A stretch of DNA of 64,000 nucleotides from Phoronis australis. Lineage: Eukaryota; Animalia; Phoronida. Under the pieces are notes generated by a model. It saw only the letters and a list, made by a program, of their open reading frames with translations. It was not told the origin of the DNA and did no database searches. The position numbers and the translations under genes are program-made. Positions 63,465 to 64,000 of this stretch are shown one piece after another (the stretch's first letter is position 1; every line of letters begins with the position of its first letter). Location of the stretch: positions 68,859 to 132,858 of the forward strand of contig NMRA01000136.1 of the NCBI GenBank assembly GCA_002633005.1, given 5' to 3'.

Positions 63465-64000
63465 GTATGACGCTAAATCCATCAATTTTGAATAATCAAA
63501 ACTGGCAAAATTAATCGAGCCTCTAAGGTATGCTACCTTATTCAACCTTGGCTAATATTATTCAAGGTTCCGTGCTAACATTGCATAACCATGCTAGTAA
63601 TGTGACACGTCTTTATTTCTGTGTGCTTGAGTATGCTGTGTGCGCTGCATTGTTGCCAAACAGGGTATGGGCCGAGTATTTTCGTTTTGATCACCGGAGT
63701 TTTGCTTGGTGACGTAATTTGATAAAGATGGTTAGCTTGAATTATATCACCGATCAGTCAGCACTCTTATTCATCTTGAGCAGCAATAATTATCAAGAAA
63801 TGCGGTCTTCCAAGCTTTGAATTTAATGCTGTTTCTTGAAGAGTCTTTTGGCTAAAAGTCAATCTACCCTTGACTCATCCTGTTTCACAAAATCGGGCTT
63901 AACCTAAATGTCAGAAAATCTGTCTGCAACTAGAAGACACAAGACAAATCCCCAGCCAGCTCGGGAGCAGACTAAAAAAGACCAAGTTAAAATACAAAAA

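Overview
Eukaryotic (animal, most likely an invertebrate bilaterian) AT-rich genomic DNA with GT-AG introns. I reconstructed five protein-coding loci by hand. (1) A complete 13-exon cytosolic ALDH1A-like aldehyde dehydrogenase (+, 7937-24300, 490 aa). (2) A complete doublecortin-like kinase, DCLK (-, 52751-26822, 13 coding exons, 696 aa), tail-to-tail with ALDH. (3, 4) A solitary divergent replication-dependent histone H2A/H2B pair with 3' stem-loops. (5) The 5' part of RPL9 (+), with a 5'TOP-like first exon and an intronic C/D snoRNA matching U31/SNORD31 (snR67). Introns and intergenic DNA hold a decayed LINE, three Kolobok-like TTAA elements with THAP relics, Helentron-associated (HINE/DINE-like) elements, Harbinger-like and other MITEs, and minisatellites. 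Best leads: an alternative terminal exon in DCLK predicting a kinase-less ~364-aa doublecortin/DCL-like isoform; a minisatellite made of about 20 copies of a DCLK exon-intron junction (CAG|GTATGT); a 22-nt histone downstream element that predicts this animal's U7 snRNA; a mosaic ALDH1/ALDH2 substrate channel; and a 53-bp palindrome with a 9-bp target-site duplication. Two ~0.5-kb duplications around single Ns are probably assembly artefacts. All coordinates were read by eye; no searches were run.
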